Notes under the pieces: generated by a model
Databases searched by the model: none
Seen by the model: the letters and a program-made list of their open reading frames with translations, nothing else
What the model was told of the DNA's origin: nothing
Source: an uncultured cyanobacterium
GTDB taxonomy: Bacteria; Cyanobacteriota; Cyanobacteriia; PCC-9006; JAAUQQ01
DNA length: 64,000 nucleotides
NCBI GenBank assembly: GCA_963718615.1
Contig: OY970368.1
Location: 4,128,001 to 4,192,000 of the forward strand
Direction of reading: 5' to 3'
In this document: positions 20,287 to 29,615 of the stretch, in pieces
Layout of the letters: every line of letters starts with the position of its first letter
Position numbering within the stretch: position 1 is the stretch's first letter
Position numbers and translations under genes: made by a program

Positions 20287-21912
20287 ATGAACACAACCAT
20301 TTCTTCAGACCAATACGATGTCATTGTGATCGGCTCAGGCATTGGGGGATTAACGGTTGCAGCGATACTCGCTAAGCTAGGCCGAAAGAAAGTTTTAGTG
20401 CTAGAACAACATTTTATGCCTGGGGGATGTACCCATGCCTTTCAGCGCAAGGGTGGTTACCAGTGGGATGTGGGGCTGCACTATGTAGGGGAAATGAATC
20501 CAGGTAGCTTTGGAAGATCTGTTTTTAACTATATATCAGAAGGGCGACTGGATTGGCAAAAAATATCCGATCCCTTTGAAAGATTTGTGTATCCAGATTT
20601 TAGTTTTGATGTTTCTTCTGATCCTCATCAATACTTAAACGATTTAATCCAATCCTATCCCTTAGAGGAACAAGCAATTCGTCAGTACTTCAAAGACGTA
20701 AAGCGTGCTTCATTTTGGGTTGTATTACATAATATGATCGAAGTCTTACCCTCCTTTTCTCAAGCCCTAATTAGGCAACTATTTCAGAAATTTGGAACTT
20801 TGGTTCTAGAATCAACTGATCGCTATTTAGATCGAAACTTTAAGGACAAAACGCTCAAGGCACTTTTGACGTCCCAATGGGGAGACTATGGACTAACACC
20901 ATCCCAAAGTTGTTTTGGCATTCACAGTACGATTGTGAGTCATTATTTGAATGGAGCTTGGTATCCTGTGGGAGGAGGAGCAGCGATCGCCCAGTCGATC
21001 ATTCCTACCATCGAAAAAGCAGGGGGCAGAGTCCTCACCCAACAACAAGCCACAGAAATCCTGATTGAGTCCAGCATTGCCCAAGGTGTGGAAGTCCAAA
21101 AAACAGCATCTTCAAAGGGGAAAAAGACCATCTACCGGGCACCCATTATCGTCTCTGGCGCAGGGCTCTACAACACCTACGACAAACTTATTCCTAAACA
21201 CCATAAGATTCCAGAGCGAGAGCATGTACAACCATCTAATAAAGGATCATGTATTGTGACGCTTTATCTAGGCTTAAAGGAAAATCCTCAGTTGTTGGGA
21301 TTTCAAGGTGAAAACATCTGGTTATACACCTCCTACGATCATGAAATCAAAGATGCCTTTTCATTAATTAACCAGACACCAGAGGATGAACTATCTAATA
21401 TATTCTCATCCTGCTATATTACATTCCCTTCCCTCAAGGATCCACTCGCCCAAAAACATACCGCAGAGATTATCATTGGTGGAGAGTATGATGATTTTTC
21501 TTCATGGGAAGATAAGCATTGGAGAAAACGAGGCCAAGACTATGAACAATTCAAGTCCAAAATCTCCAAGGCACTCATCCAGTTTGTCGAAAAACACTTT
21601 CCCGGTTTTCAGGACATGATTGAATATCAAGAGCTCGCAACACCCTTGACTTACAAGCATTTCATTGACAACCAAAAGGGTGAAATTTATGGTCTTCCTT
21701 ACACATCGCATCGTTTTAGGAATAGACTGGCTCAGGCTAAGACCCCCATTCAGAACCTATATTTAACAGGAGGAGATGCCTTTACATCAGGCATTCTAGG
21801 GGCAGTGTTTGGCGGTGTTAAAACAACTAGTCTAGCTTATGGAATTTTAGGATTTCCTAGAATTGCGCTCGCCATTTTTTTGTCGAATGTTTACAAAGCA
21901 TCCCAAAAGTAA
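20287..21912 (+). CDS. FAD-dependent oxidoreductase, phytoene desaturase / retinol saturase-like
   Basis: IGSGIGG dinucleotide-binding motif, LEQHFMPGG, WDVGLHYVG, YPVGG, ATPLT, NLYLTG. Confidence 0.85.
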   Translation: MNTTISSDQYDVIVIGSGIGGLTVAAILAKLGRKKVLVLEQHFMPGGCTHAFQRKGGYQWDVGLHYVGEMNPGSFGRSVFNYISEGRLDWQKISDPFERFVYPDFSFDVSSDPHQYLNDLIQSYPLEEQAIRQYFKDVKRASFWVVLHNMIEVLPSFSQALIRQLFQKFGTLVLESTDRYLDRNFKDKTLKALLTSQWGDYGLTPSQSCFGIHSTIVSHYLNGAWYPVGGGAAIAQSIIPTIEKAGGRVLTQQQATEILIESSIAQGVEVQKTASSKGKKTIYRAPIIVSGAGLYNTYDKLIPKHHKIPEREHVQPSNKGSCIVTLYLGLKENPQLLGFQGENIWLYTSYDHEIKDAFSLINQTPEDELSNIFSSCYITFPSLKDPLAQKHTAEIIIGGEYDDFSSWEDKHWRKRGQDYEQFKSKISKALIQFVEKHFPGFQDMIEYQELATPLTYKHFIDNQKGEIYGLPYTSHRFRNRLAQAKTPIQNLYLTGGDAFTSGILGAVFGGVKTTSLAYGILGFPRIALAIFLSNVYKASQK

Positions 21913-22229
21913 CTTAAATGAAACATACGCTGAATTTTTGTTGACAACAATAGCACCTGAATGAGCACACATTAAGCAACAGAGATATTCCCGATTTTTC
22001 AGATATTTTCTGTAGATCTTAATAAGTTGGACAGAGCAGAATATGAATAGCTAAATTGACATCAATTCAGTAGATCTCTTAATCTATTAGGCCTACTGAC
22101 TGACTTAGATCTATTGATTTCGTAGATCGAATGTCAAATCATTCTATTCAGTTCATATCAATTGTCTGAACAAGTGAAGCATTCCCGAGTGAGATATTAC
22201 CATTTTAGACATTGAACTTGAGATTAGCC

Positions 22230-22694
22230 ATGAGTAATTACTGGATGAACAAACTTGCCCTAGGGGCTAGCCAATGGTTTGCGGTGGGTGCACTAGCCCT
22301 ACTTTCTGGCTTGCCAACTGCATATGCTGCAGAAGTCAAGGTGAATGTAGCAACCGATGCCAGCGCAAAGGGGCGAGTGGGATGTGCCCTCTTTAAGGGA
22401 GATGGCGGGTTTCCGATGGACCTATCCGATGCGGTTCAGATGTGGCAGAAGCCGCTCAATGGCACGGCATCTTGTGTGTTTAGTGAACTCACTGGAGGTT
22501 CCTATGCGGTGGCGGTATTCCAGGATCTAAACAATAACAATATTGTCGATCGTAACTTTTTCGGGATTCCCCAGGAACCCTGGGCCGTATCAAACAATAT
22601 CCGTCACCGCTTTCGAGAGCCAAACTTTTCCGAAAGTCAGTTCAATTTAAGCAAGGGACAGTCAATCACGTTAAATCTGACTGTTAAAAGGTAG
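22230..22694 (+). CDS. DUF2141 family exported protein
   Basis: Signal peptide ending AYA; YAVAVFQDLNNN...FFGIPQEP.AVSNN and P.F pattern typical of DUF2141. Confidence 0.85.
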   Translation: MSNYWMNKLALGASQWFAVGALALLSGLPTAYAAEVKVNVATDASAKGRVGCALFKGDGGFPMDLSDAVQMWQKPLNGTASCVFSELTGGSYAVAVFQDLNNNNIVDRNFFGIPQEPWAVSNNIRHRFREPNFSESQFNLSKGQSITLNLTVKR

Positions 22695-22718
22695 AAATTA
22701 GTTTCTCCATAGTCCCTA

Positions 22719-22770
22719 TTCGTCCGGCCTAAAGAAATCCGTTTTAGGATATTTCAGAAGGCCGGACGAA
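22719..22770. terminator. Inverted-repeat hairpin after DUF2141
   Basis: TTCGTCCGGCCT (22719-22730) / AGGCCGGACGAA (22759-22770) with an inner imperfect stem. Confidence 0.55.
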
Positions 22771-22892
22771 CGATCATAATCCAATAAGCTTCTCTTCGGA
22801 GCTAACCTTTAGCCTACGAATAACTCGGACTTCAGGTCCAAGCCTCCATGAGGATATATCAGAAAACTATAGAATTAGACAGACATCTTTAA

Positions 22893-22921
22893 AAAAGATG
22901 ACCTGTTAAAGGTCATCTTTT
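22893..22921. terminator. Hairpin between convergent DUF2141 and V4R genes
   Basis: AAAAGATGACCT-gttaa-AGGTCATCTTTT. Confidence 0.6.
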
Positions 22922-23015
22922 AATGGTTCATCTTTTGGGTATTGAAATAAGCCATTTTTGCACAGTTTATTTCAAACAACTAGGTCAAAGATTTTAGATT
23001 AAATGTCACAGCTAT

Positions 23016-23699
23016 CTACTGAGGTGTCTTGTCAACTTCCCAAATACAGGCAGCATCATCCATTGCTCGACAGGAAACTTGTTCAACGCTAAACTCTTTT
23101 CCTGTCAACCAGTTTAAAGACTCCTGTAAAGTACCACTCCAAAGCCAGCATATCGGATGATTGGCAGTCTTTCCGGCACAGCAAGCACAGCCTTCATCGA
23201 TATAAGCCCATTTACTACCACGATCTTCCAACCGTAATCCTGTAGAGTATCCTCCCGTGGCATAGACTTTCTCTACATCTGACTTGATTGAATCGAGGAC
23301 TGTCTTAATTTGTACTGATATCGGTAGCAGACGTATAGCTCTACGTGCCGCAAAGTTCATTAGCTTGCCTTGATTTTTAAGGGCGGGCTGAGCTGAGCTA
23401 CGTCCAATTTTAATCATCATCTCCTTTCCTTCAATGCCGTATCGACTGATCATCGAGGTAGAGAGATTCGCATAATCATTCAGATTCATGCTTTTAGAAA
23501 GCTGAAGAACTTCTTCAGGATAATGGTCAATGAGATGTTGCAATTGACTCGCAGATAAGATTTCCGCGAGTGCCTCCTGACCCAGCACCTCCTGAGCTGC
23601 ATTCAGAACCCATCGCATATAGGCGTCAGCAATGGGAATTTCACCGACCGGATCAGCATATTGTTTTACTTCTATCTTTAGCATCGTCTCATTTTTCAT
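23016..23699 (-). CDS. Stand-alone V4R (4-vinyl reductase) domain protein
   Basis: C-terminal CACC...PICW...G.LQE.L.WLTG...VEQVSCRAMDDAACIWEV pattern. Confidence 0.8.
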   Translation of the reverse strand: MKNETMLKIEVKQYADPVGEIPIADAYMRWVLNAAQEVLGQEALAEILSASQLQHLIDHYPEEVLQLSKSMNLNDYANLSTSMISRYGIEGKEMMIKIGRSSAQPALKNQGKLMNFAARRAIRLLPISVQIKTVLDSIKSDVEKVYATGGYSTGLRLEDRGSKWAYIDEGCACCAGKTANHPICWLWSGTLQESLNWLTGKEFSVEQVSCRAMDDAACIWEVDKTPQ

Positions 23700-24270
23700 G
23701 ACACTTAAATCTCATTAACTTCTTGCAGATCGCTCCCTGCTTCATGATAGCGGATTGATTAAACGTTGACTAAATTTTTGAATTTTTAGATCTCTTCTTA
23801 TACTAAAAATTAGCTCGGGCTTAATAAGCAAGTACTCGACTGAAACTAACCTATCAAGTTCTCCAGTAAAAGTTGAAAATTAGGATTCAAAATTTTAGAG
23901 GGTACAGGCCAAACAGCTTCTAACAGGAGGGTTTAACTGATCGATCTAAAACACCACCTCCACTAAGTTTAGTTCTTTTAGGCTCAATCGAGACATAGAT
24001 TTGATAGATCAAACTGGTAGCAAGCAAACAAAAAACAACCGATCTAGATACAAAATCAAACAACAAAAACATCACTTAAGCGTGAAGCTAATAAGACGAA
24101 ATTACAATCTGGATTATCCCGTCTATAATCTAGAGATATTGACTTTCAATAACGTTGTTGAGGCCCTGCATTCAGGGAAGGTCAGGTGTTTTGAATCTGA
24201 ACTTCTGAGTCTAGCTTTCCTGGCTAAGATTTCGGAGGTTTGGGCGTGAGTTCTGCGAGGTGAAAATGTC

Positions 24271-25719
24271 ATGAATGGCCAGCAGTTTGATTGGTTTAAC
24301 TCCCATACGTCGGCGTTTAGCTCGCGAACGAAAGCAATGATGCCTTCAAAGTCGACGGCTGGAGCATCCGCTTCGTCACGACAAACTAAGGCTCTAAGTC
24401 GTAGGCAATTGAAAATGTGGGCTATTTCTCTCATCGCCATAGTAGGCTACACCGGAGGTTATCTCGTGGCTCGACCTGCTTTTACTGCTGCTAGCTCCGA
24501 AGTTCAACCCACTGAAGGGCAGACCAAAAGGATTGGTATCCGTGACCGCCCCCTGCCGGTCGAAGTGATTGAACTCATCCCAGTTAACAGCTATACGATT
24601 CAGCGAGAGTATACTGGGGAAGTGAAGGCGGCCCGAGCGAGTAATCTAGGATTTGAGCTTTCCGGCAAGCTGATTGCTTTGAGGGTCCAGACTGGGGACA
24701 CTGTGGCGGCAGGGCAAGTGATAGCACAACTCGATACCCAAAACCTGGAAGCGCAGAGGGGTTTGCTGTTAGCGCAAAGGGATCAGGCGATCGCAGTCTT
24801 ACAGGAGTTACAAAATGGACCTCGGCAAGAGGCCATTGCAGCAGCGCGCTCTAACGTGAATGACTTTGAAAATCAGCTAGTTTTACAACGGACCAAGCAA
24901 TTGCGCCGAGAGTATCTCTATGAAGAGGGCGTGATTGCCCAAGAATCTCTTGACGAAGCGGTCTTAGGTGCCGAAGCCCTTAGCGATCGCCTCGCGGCGG
25001 CTCGCAGTCAGCTCCAGGAATTGCAAACCGGTACGCGTCCGGAACAGGTAGCTGCACAGCAAGCCGTCATTTCACAAATTGATGCTCAAATCGCAGACCT
25101 AGAGATCACGATCGCCAAAGGAACGATTCGAGCCCCCTACAACGGCAGAATTGGCGATCGCCTCGTCGACGAAGGGACAGTCCTCAATCCTGGCCAAGCG
25201 GTCGTGCGCCTCGTTGAAGGAGCCAGTCCAGAAGTAGAAATTGGTATCCCTGAGGATGGAGCAATGAGTTTAATCCCCGGTAGCTCGGCAACGGTTGAAA
25301 TTGGTGGACAAACCTACCGGGCAAGGATCATGGCACTGAAACCCGAAATCGATACCGCCACAAGGACGCGTCCACTGGTGTTGCAATTGGAAGCAACGGC
25401 CTTGCAGACTGTGGCTCCACAACAAATTGCACGGCTGCGATTGGAGCAGGGAGTAGCAACTGAGGGATATTGGGTGCCCGTGACGGCGCTGGTCAAGGGG
25501 GATAGCGGTTTGTGGGCTACCTACGCAGTGGTGGGTGCAAAAAATAGTAAAGAAAGTTCAAATGTCGGCATTGTAGAGCGTCGAGATGTTGAGGTGCTTT
25601 ATACGGAGAATGAGCGGGTCTTAGTCAGAGGAACCTTAGAAGCGGGCGATCGCATCATTGAATCGGGTGTCCAGCGCATTGTTCCCGGTCAAAGCGTTCT
25701 GGTCCAGTCCGATTCCTAG
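24271..25719 (+). CDS. RND efflux periplasmic adaptor (membrane fusion protein)
   Basis: N-terminal TM, lipoyl halves (LGFELSGK..., IRAPYNG), long coiled coil, GVQRIVPGQ. Confidence 0.9.
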   Translation: MNGQQFDWFNSHTSAFSSRTKAMMPSKSTAGASASSRQTKALSRRQLKMWAISLIAIVGYTGGYLVARPAFTAASSEVQPTEGQTKRIGIRDRPLPVEVIELIPVNSYTIQREYTGEVKAARASNLGFELSGKLIALRVQTGDTVAAGQVIAQLDTQNLEAQRGLLLAQRDQAIAVLQELQNGPRQEAIAAARSNVNDFENQLVLQRTKQLRREYLYEEGVIAQESLDEAVLGAEALSDRLAAARSQLQELQTGTRPEQVAAQQAVISQIDAQIADLEITIAKGTIRAPYNGRIGDRLVDEGTVLNPGQAVVRLVEGASPEVEIGIPEDGAMSLIPGSSATVEIGGQTYRARIMALKPEIDTATRTRPLVLQLEATALQTVAPQQIARLRLEQGVATEGYWVPVTALVKGDSGLWATYAVVGAKNSKESSNVGIVERRDVEVLYTENERVLVRGTLEAGDRIIESGVQRIVPGQSVLVQSDS

Positions 25720-25737
25720 CTCGTCTTCCTAGCTCGT
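25713..25737. repeat. Duplication of TTCCTAGCTCGT spanning the stop codon
   Basis: Copies at 25713 and 25726. Confidence 0.7.
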
Positions 25738-25839
25738 TGCCCGGTTGGCGACATGGGGGTAGAGGTCAGGTGTGTCCCATGCAACATCAGATTTATAGGT
25801 CACTCACTGTTTGGACACCCAGTGTCTGGAGCTTAGGCT

Positions 25840-28800
25840 ATGCTCACACTGCTCTATCGAAATTTTCGACTTCTGATTCTCTGTCTTATTCTAATTTCCC
25901 TTTGGGGCTATGCTTCGTTTCAGCAATTGCCCCGCCTAGAAGATCCAGAACTCACCCCACGCGCGGCGATTGTACAAACCTTCTTCCCTGGAGCCAGTGC
26001 CGATCGTGTTGAATCTCTGGTCACCGAAAAAATTGAAACAGAAATTGCCACGGTCAAGGAAGTCATGACCTACGAGTCCACTTCGCGATCGGGCGTATCT
26101 ACCATTATTGTTGAGTTGCAAGACGCGATTGGCCCTCAGGAGGTCGATACTATCTGGGCGAAGGTGCGGGACAAACTTCGCAATGCTGAACCCCTACTCC
26201 CCCCTGGGGCGACGGAACCAGAACTGGATGAAATTGAAGTTCGCGCCTACGCCCTCCTGGTGGGATTAACCTGGGAACAAAATGACCCACCCAATTATGC
26301 GATCCTACAAAGACGGGCACAGGTATTGGAAGATTCTCTGCGATCGCTTCCAGGCACTGAGTTCGTCGATACCTTTGGGGCACCGGATGAAGAAATCGCC
26401 GTAGAACTTGCCCCCCAGCAGCTTGCCGCCCTTGGCCTAACCACCCAGCAAATTGCCCAGCAAATTCAGCAGAGCGATTCCAAAGGATCGGCAGGGCAAT
26501 TGCGGGGTAACAGTGAATTAGTTCTGGAAGTGGCCGGAGAACTAGACTCTCTGGAGCGGATTCGACGGATTCCACTGCAATCGGGTGTTGGTAATACCAC
26601 AGGAAAATTTGCCTGGTTGGGAGATGTGGCCCAAGTTCGTAAGGGAATTGTGGAACCCCCTTCGGCCTTGGCTCAAGTCAGCGATCGCCCTGCCGTAGTT
26701 ATTGGTGTTTATGTCAAATCCGATTTTCGCTTGGATCAATGGACCATTGCCGCCCATAAAACCCTCAATCAGTTCCGGAAACAACTACCTAGCGGCATTG
26801 GCCTGACAGTTCTCCTGGAGCAAAATCGCTACGTCAGCGCTCGGCTCAACCAACTCTTCTCCGGCCTGATTCAAGGAGCAGGACTCCTTTTCCTCGTCAC
26901 CCTCGTGATGATGGGTTTTCAAGCGTCCCTCGTGATTCAATTCTCCCTGGTGCTCTGTGTGCTGGTTGTTTTTGGCCTCATGGTTCTCCTGGGTATGCCG
27001 CTGCACCAAATGTCAGTGATGGGATTGATTGTGTCCTTGGGGATGCTCATCGACAACGCAATTATCGTAGCGGACGATATTCACGGTCGCTTACACCAGG
27101 GACAACGGATCTCTATTGCCATCCGTGACACTGTCGTTTATCTGACTTCACCCCTCACCGCTGGCACCCTCACGACGGTCTTTTCCTTCATGCCCATTGC
27201 CCTGCTGAAAGGCAATATTGGCGAGTTCATGGGGTCCCTGGGCGTGAATGTGGTTTTGGCGGTGCTGACGTCCTTGGTTGTGGCCTTGGTCTTTACGCCA
27301 GTTTTAATGGGCTATTTGTATAACCATTGGCATCAAATCTGGGGAGTTAAATCCTTGGGTCGATGGGGCAACCAGGGCTTTTCTAATGAGAAATTACTAC
27401 GGTGGTACACGGGCACCTTACGTGGGTCATTGGCCCGTCCGCTGTTGAGTGTGTTTCTCTCACTGCTGCTTCCCCTATCTGGCTTTTTGGCAGTGGCCAC
27501 CTTGGATCTACAGTTTTTTCCTGCTGCCGATCGGGATCTAATGCAGATTCAAATTGAGTTGCCGACAACGGGAGCGATCGCCCAAACTCAAGCAACAGTA
27601 CGTGCCGTGCGAGCGCAGCTTCTCAAGCATCCTGAAGTTCAGGATCTTCATTGGTTCATTGGTGAAAGTAGCCCCCGCATCTACTACAACCAAATGAATA
27701 TTCGCGCAGGAGAAGCCAGCTATGCTGGCGGTATTTTGCAGCTCTCTCAAATTGTATCGAATGACTGGATTCTCGAAACTCAGCACGAATTAGACGCAGC
27801 TTTTCCCAGCTCCCGCATTCTCTTACGTGGGTTTGAGCAAGGTCCACCCTTTGATGCCCCCATTGAATTGCGCATTTATGGACCTGACTTAGATGTCTTG
27901 CAAACTCTGGGAGATGAAGCCCGCGCTTTGCTATCACAACTGCCAGAGGTGACCCATACACGCGCACTCTTAGGCGAAAGCCTACCGCAACTTTCCATAC
28001 AGGTTGATGAAGCGGCTGCTCGCAGCCGAGGACTCAGTCAAGCGGAGATTGCCCAACAGCTCAATACCACGCTGGAAGGAGTGACTGGCGGCTCTGTTCT
28101 GGAAGGCAACGAGGAACTGCCCGTGCGAGTCCGTTTATCCAATGCCGATCGCGCTAGTCTTGACCAGATCGCCAGCCTCAATTTGCTGGTAGCCGCTCCG
28201 TCTATCGGCAATCAACTCAACACGACCCCTCTCAATGCATTAGGCCGTTTAAGTTTAGAACCCAAGCGTTCAGCGATTACCCGCCGCAAGGGTATCCGAA
28301 TCAACACAGTACAAGGATTTTTACAAGCCGGAGCACTCCCGGCCTCTGCGCTGAAAGAGTTTCAGCAGTTGCTCAACCAATCCCTTGTCGTTCCTCCAGG
28401 CTACAATCTGTCCTTTGGGGGGGAAGCGGAAGAACGGGGTGCGGCAGTAGGCGGTTTGTTGGCGAGTATTGCAGTGCTAGTGGTGCTGATGGAGGCGACC
28501 TTGGTGTTGTCTCTCGGCTCGTTCCGGCTCTCTCTTGTGATTTGGGGCATCGCTGCTCTGTCCGCTGGCCTTGGCTTTCTATCCTTGTGGATCTTTGGCT
28601 TCCCCTTAGGTTTTAATCCGCTGATTGGCATTATTGGTCTGATTGGGGTATCGGTCAATGATTCGATTACGGTGTTGACCGCGCTGAAGTCAGATCCCTT
28701 AGCTAGTCAGGGCGATCATCACGCAATCCAGCAAGTGGTCATCCATTGTACACGCCATGTGCTGACAACAACTCTCACAACTGTAGTTGGATTTACACCC

Positions 28801-29034
28801 CTGATTCTTGGGGGGGGTACATTCTGGCCGCCGTTAGCGGTGGTGATTGCCGGGGGGGTATTATGGGCAACGCTACTATCACTCTACTTCATTCCCCCCG
28901 TCTATCTACTGTTGACAAGACGCAAATTCACTGGTGTAATTTTGCCCATAAAAAAGCCCAAAATCCCTAACATTACTGTTCACTATCAAGAGGAGAGAAA
29001 AGCCACTTTCATTCCTAAATCTTCTAAGCCTTAA
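25840..29034 (+). CDS. RND efflux permease (AcrB/AcrD/AcrF family)
   Basis: 1064 aa; LPRLEDP, FPGASA..VE..VT, GMLIDNAIIV, QFFP, R.VL.TTLTT..G..PL; two TM clusters separated by large periplasmic loops. Confidence 0.93.
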   Translation: MLTLLYRNFRLLILCLILISLWGYASFQQLPRLEDPELTPRAAIVQTFFPGASADRVESLVTEKIETEIATVKEVMTYESTSRSGVSTIIVELQDAIGPQEVDTIWAKVRDKLRNAEPLLPPGATEPELDEIEVRAYALLVGLTWEQNDPPNYAILQRRAQVLEDSLRSLPGTEFVDTFGAPDEEIAVELAPQQLAALGLTTQQIAQQIQQSDSKGSAGQLRGNSELVLEVAGELDSLERIRRIPLQSGVGNTTGKFAWLGDVAQVRKGIVEPPSALAQVSDRPAVVIGVYVKSDFRLDQWTIAAHKTLNQFRKQLPSGIGLTVLLEQNRYVSARLNQLFSGLIQGAGLLFLVTLVMMGFQASLVIQFSLVLCVLVVFGLMVLLGMPLHQMSVMGLIVSLGMLIDNAIIVADDIHGRLHQGQRISIAIRDTVVYLTSPLTAGTLTTVFSFMPIALLKGNIGEFMGSLGVNVVLAVLTSLVVALVFTPVLMGYLYNHWHQIWGVKSLGRWGNQGFSNEKLLRWYTGTLRGSLARPLLSVFLSLLLPLSGFLAVATLDLQFFPAADRDLMQIQIELPTTGAIAQTQATVRAVRAQLLKHPEVQDLHWFIGESSPRIYYNQMNIRAGEASYAGGILQLSQIVSNDWILETQHELDAAFPSSRILLRGFEQGPPFDAPIELRIYGPDLDVLQTLGDEARALLSQLPEVTHTRALLGESLPQLSIQVDEAAARSRGLSQAEIAQQLNTTLEGVTGGSVLEGNEELPVRVRLSNADRASLDQIASLNLLVAAPSIGNQLNTTPLNALGRLSLEPKRSAITRRKGIRINTVQGFLQAGALPASALKEFQQLLNQSLVVPPGYNLSFGGEAEERGAAVGGLLASIAVLVVLMEATLVLSLGSFRLSLVIWGIAALSAGLGFLSLWIFGFPLGFNPLIGIIGLIGVSVNDSITVLTALKSDPLASQGDHHAIQQVVIHCTRHVLTTTLTTVVGFTPLILGGGTFWPPLAVVIAGGVLWATLLSLYFIPPVYLLLTRRKFTGVILPIKKPKIPNITVHYQEERKATFIPKSSKP

Positions 29035-29206
29035 ATTTCTTAAAAGATTGAGACAACCTTAGGTTTTCCCATAATTTTAGTCGGACAAATAGCCAAATTA
29101 AAATTTGCCAAAATGGCAGTTTTAACCGAAAACTATCATGGAATAATTTAAGACGTATAGGGTGCTTTACAGACTTCACAACCACTATTCTTTGGAGCAG
29201 AAAGCA

Positions 29207-29494
29207 ATGGGCAATAGTCATATCAAGATCTCCGATCTCGATACACTTGAAACGCTCTCGATGGATAAGCAAACTCCTCTTGCAGGGGGCTGGTCATGGA
29301 GCGGTTGGCTAAGGGTTACCAAGGTCGAACCAGAATCCCACAAACCTGCCGAAAAAGAGAAGGAGAAGCATTCTTGGACCGTTCAGTGGCGAGTTGATCC
29401 TAAGCCTAAACATGATGACTCCTGGCGAGAAGGAACGGTCACTTATACTTCTAGTGATAAGGAGGATTGTTATTCAGTCTGGTGGGGTTGGTAG
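29207..29494 (+). CDS. Small secreted protein / RiPP-like precursor with double-glycine leader and Trp-rich core
   Basis: GGAG RBS then ATG at 29207; leader MGNSHIKISDLDTLETLSMDKQTPLAGG (28 aa); 67-aa core with 9 Trp; followed by a strong hairpin. Confidence 0.65.
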   Translation: MGNSHIKISDLDTLETLSMDKQTPLAGGWSWSGWLRVTKVEPESHKPAEKEKEKHSWTVQWRVDPKPKHDDSWREGTVTYTSSDKEDCYSVWWGW

Positions 29495-29518
29495 TTGATA
29501 GGGTATAGATCCGTCAAC

Positions 29519-29555
29519 AAGCAATACCCAACGGCTTAGTCGTTGGGTATTGCTT
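29519..29555. terminator. Bidirectional intrinsic terminator
   Basis: AAGCAATACCCAACG-gcttagt-CGTTGGGTATTGCTT, a perfect 15-bp stem between convergent genes. Confidence 0.8.
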
Positions 29556-29615
29556 TGATTACAATCCTCCTGTGGGTTAGATAACAGAACTTTTATTCTG
29601 GGCTCTCAACTACAC

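Noticed and set aside
29291-29311. WSWSGW resembling the darobactin core WNWSKSF
   Set aside because: No radical SAM/SPASM maturase in the window and the leader is of the GG type; the similarity may be chance
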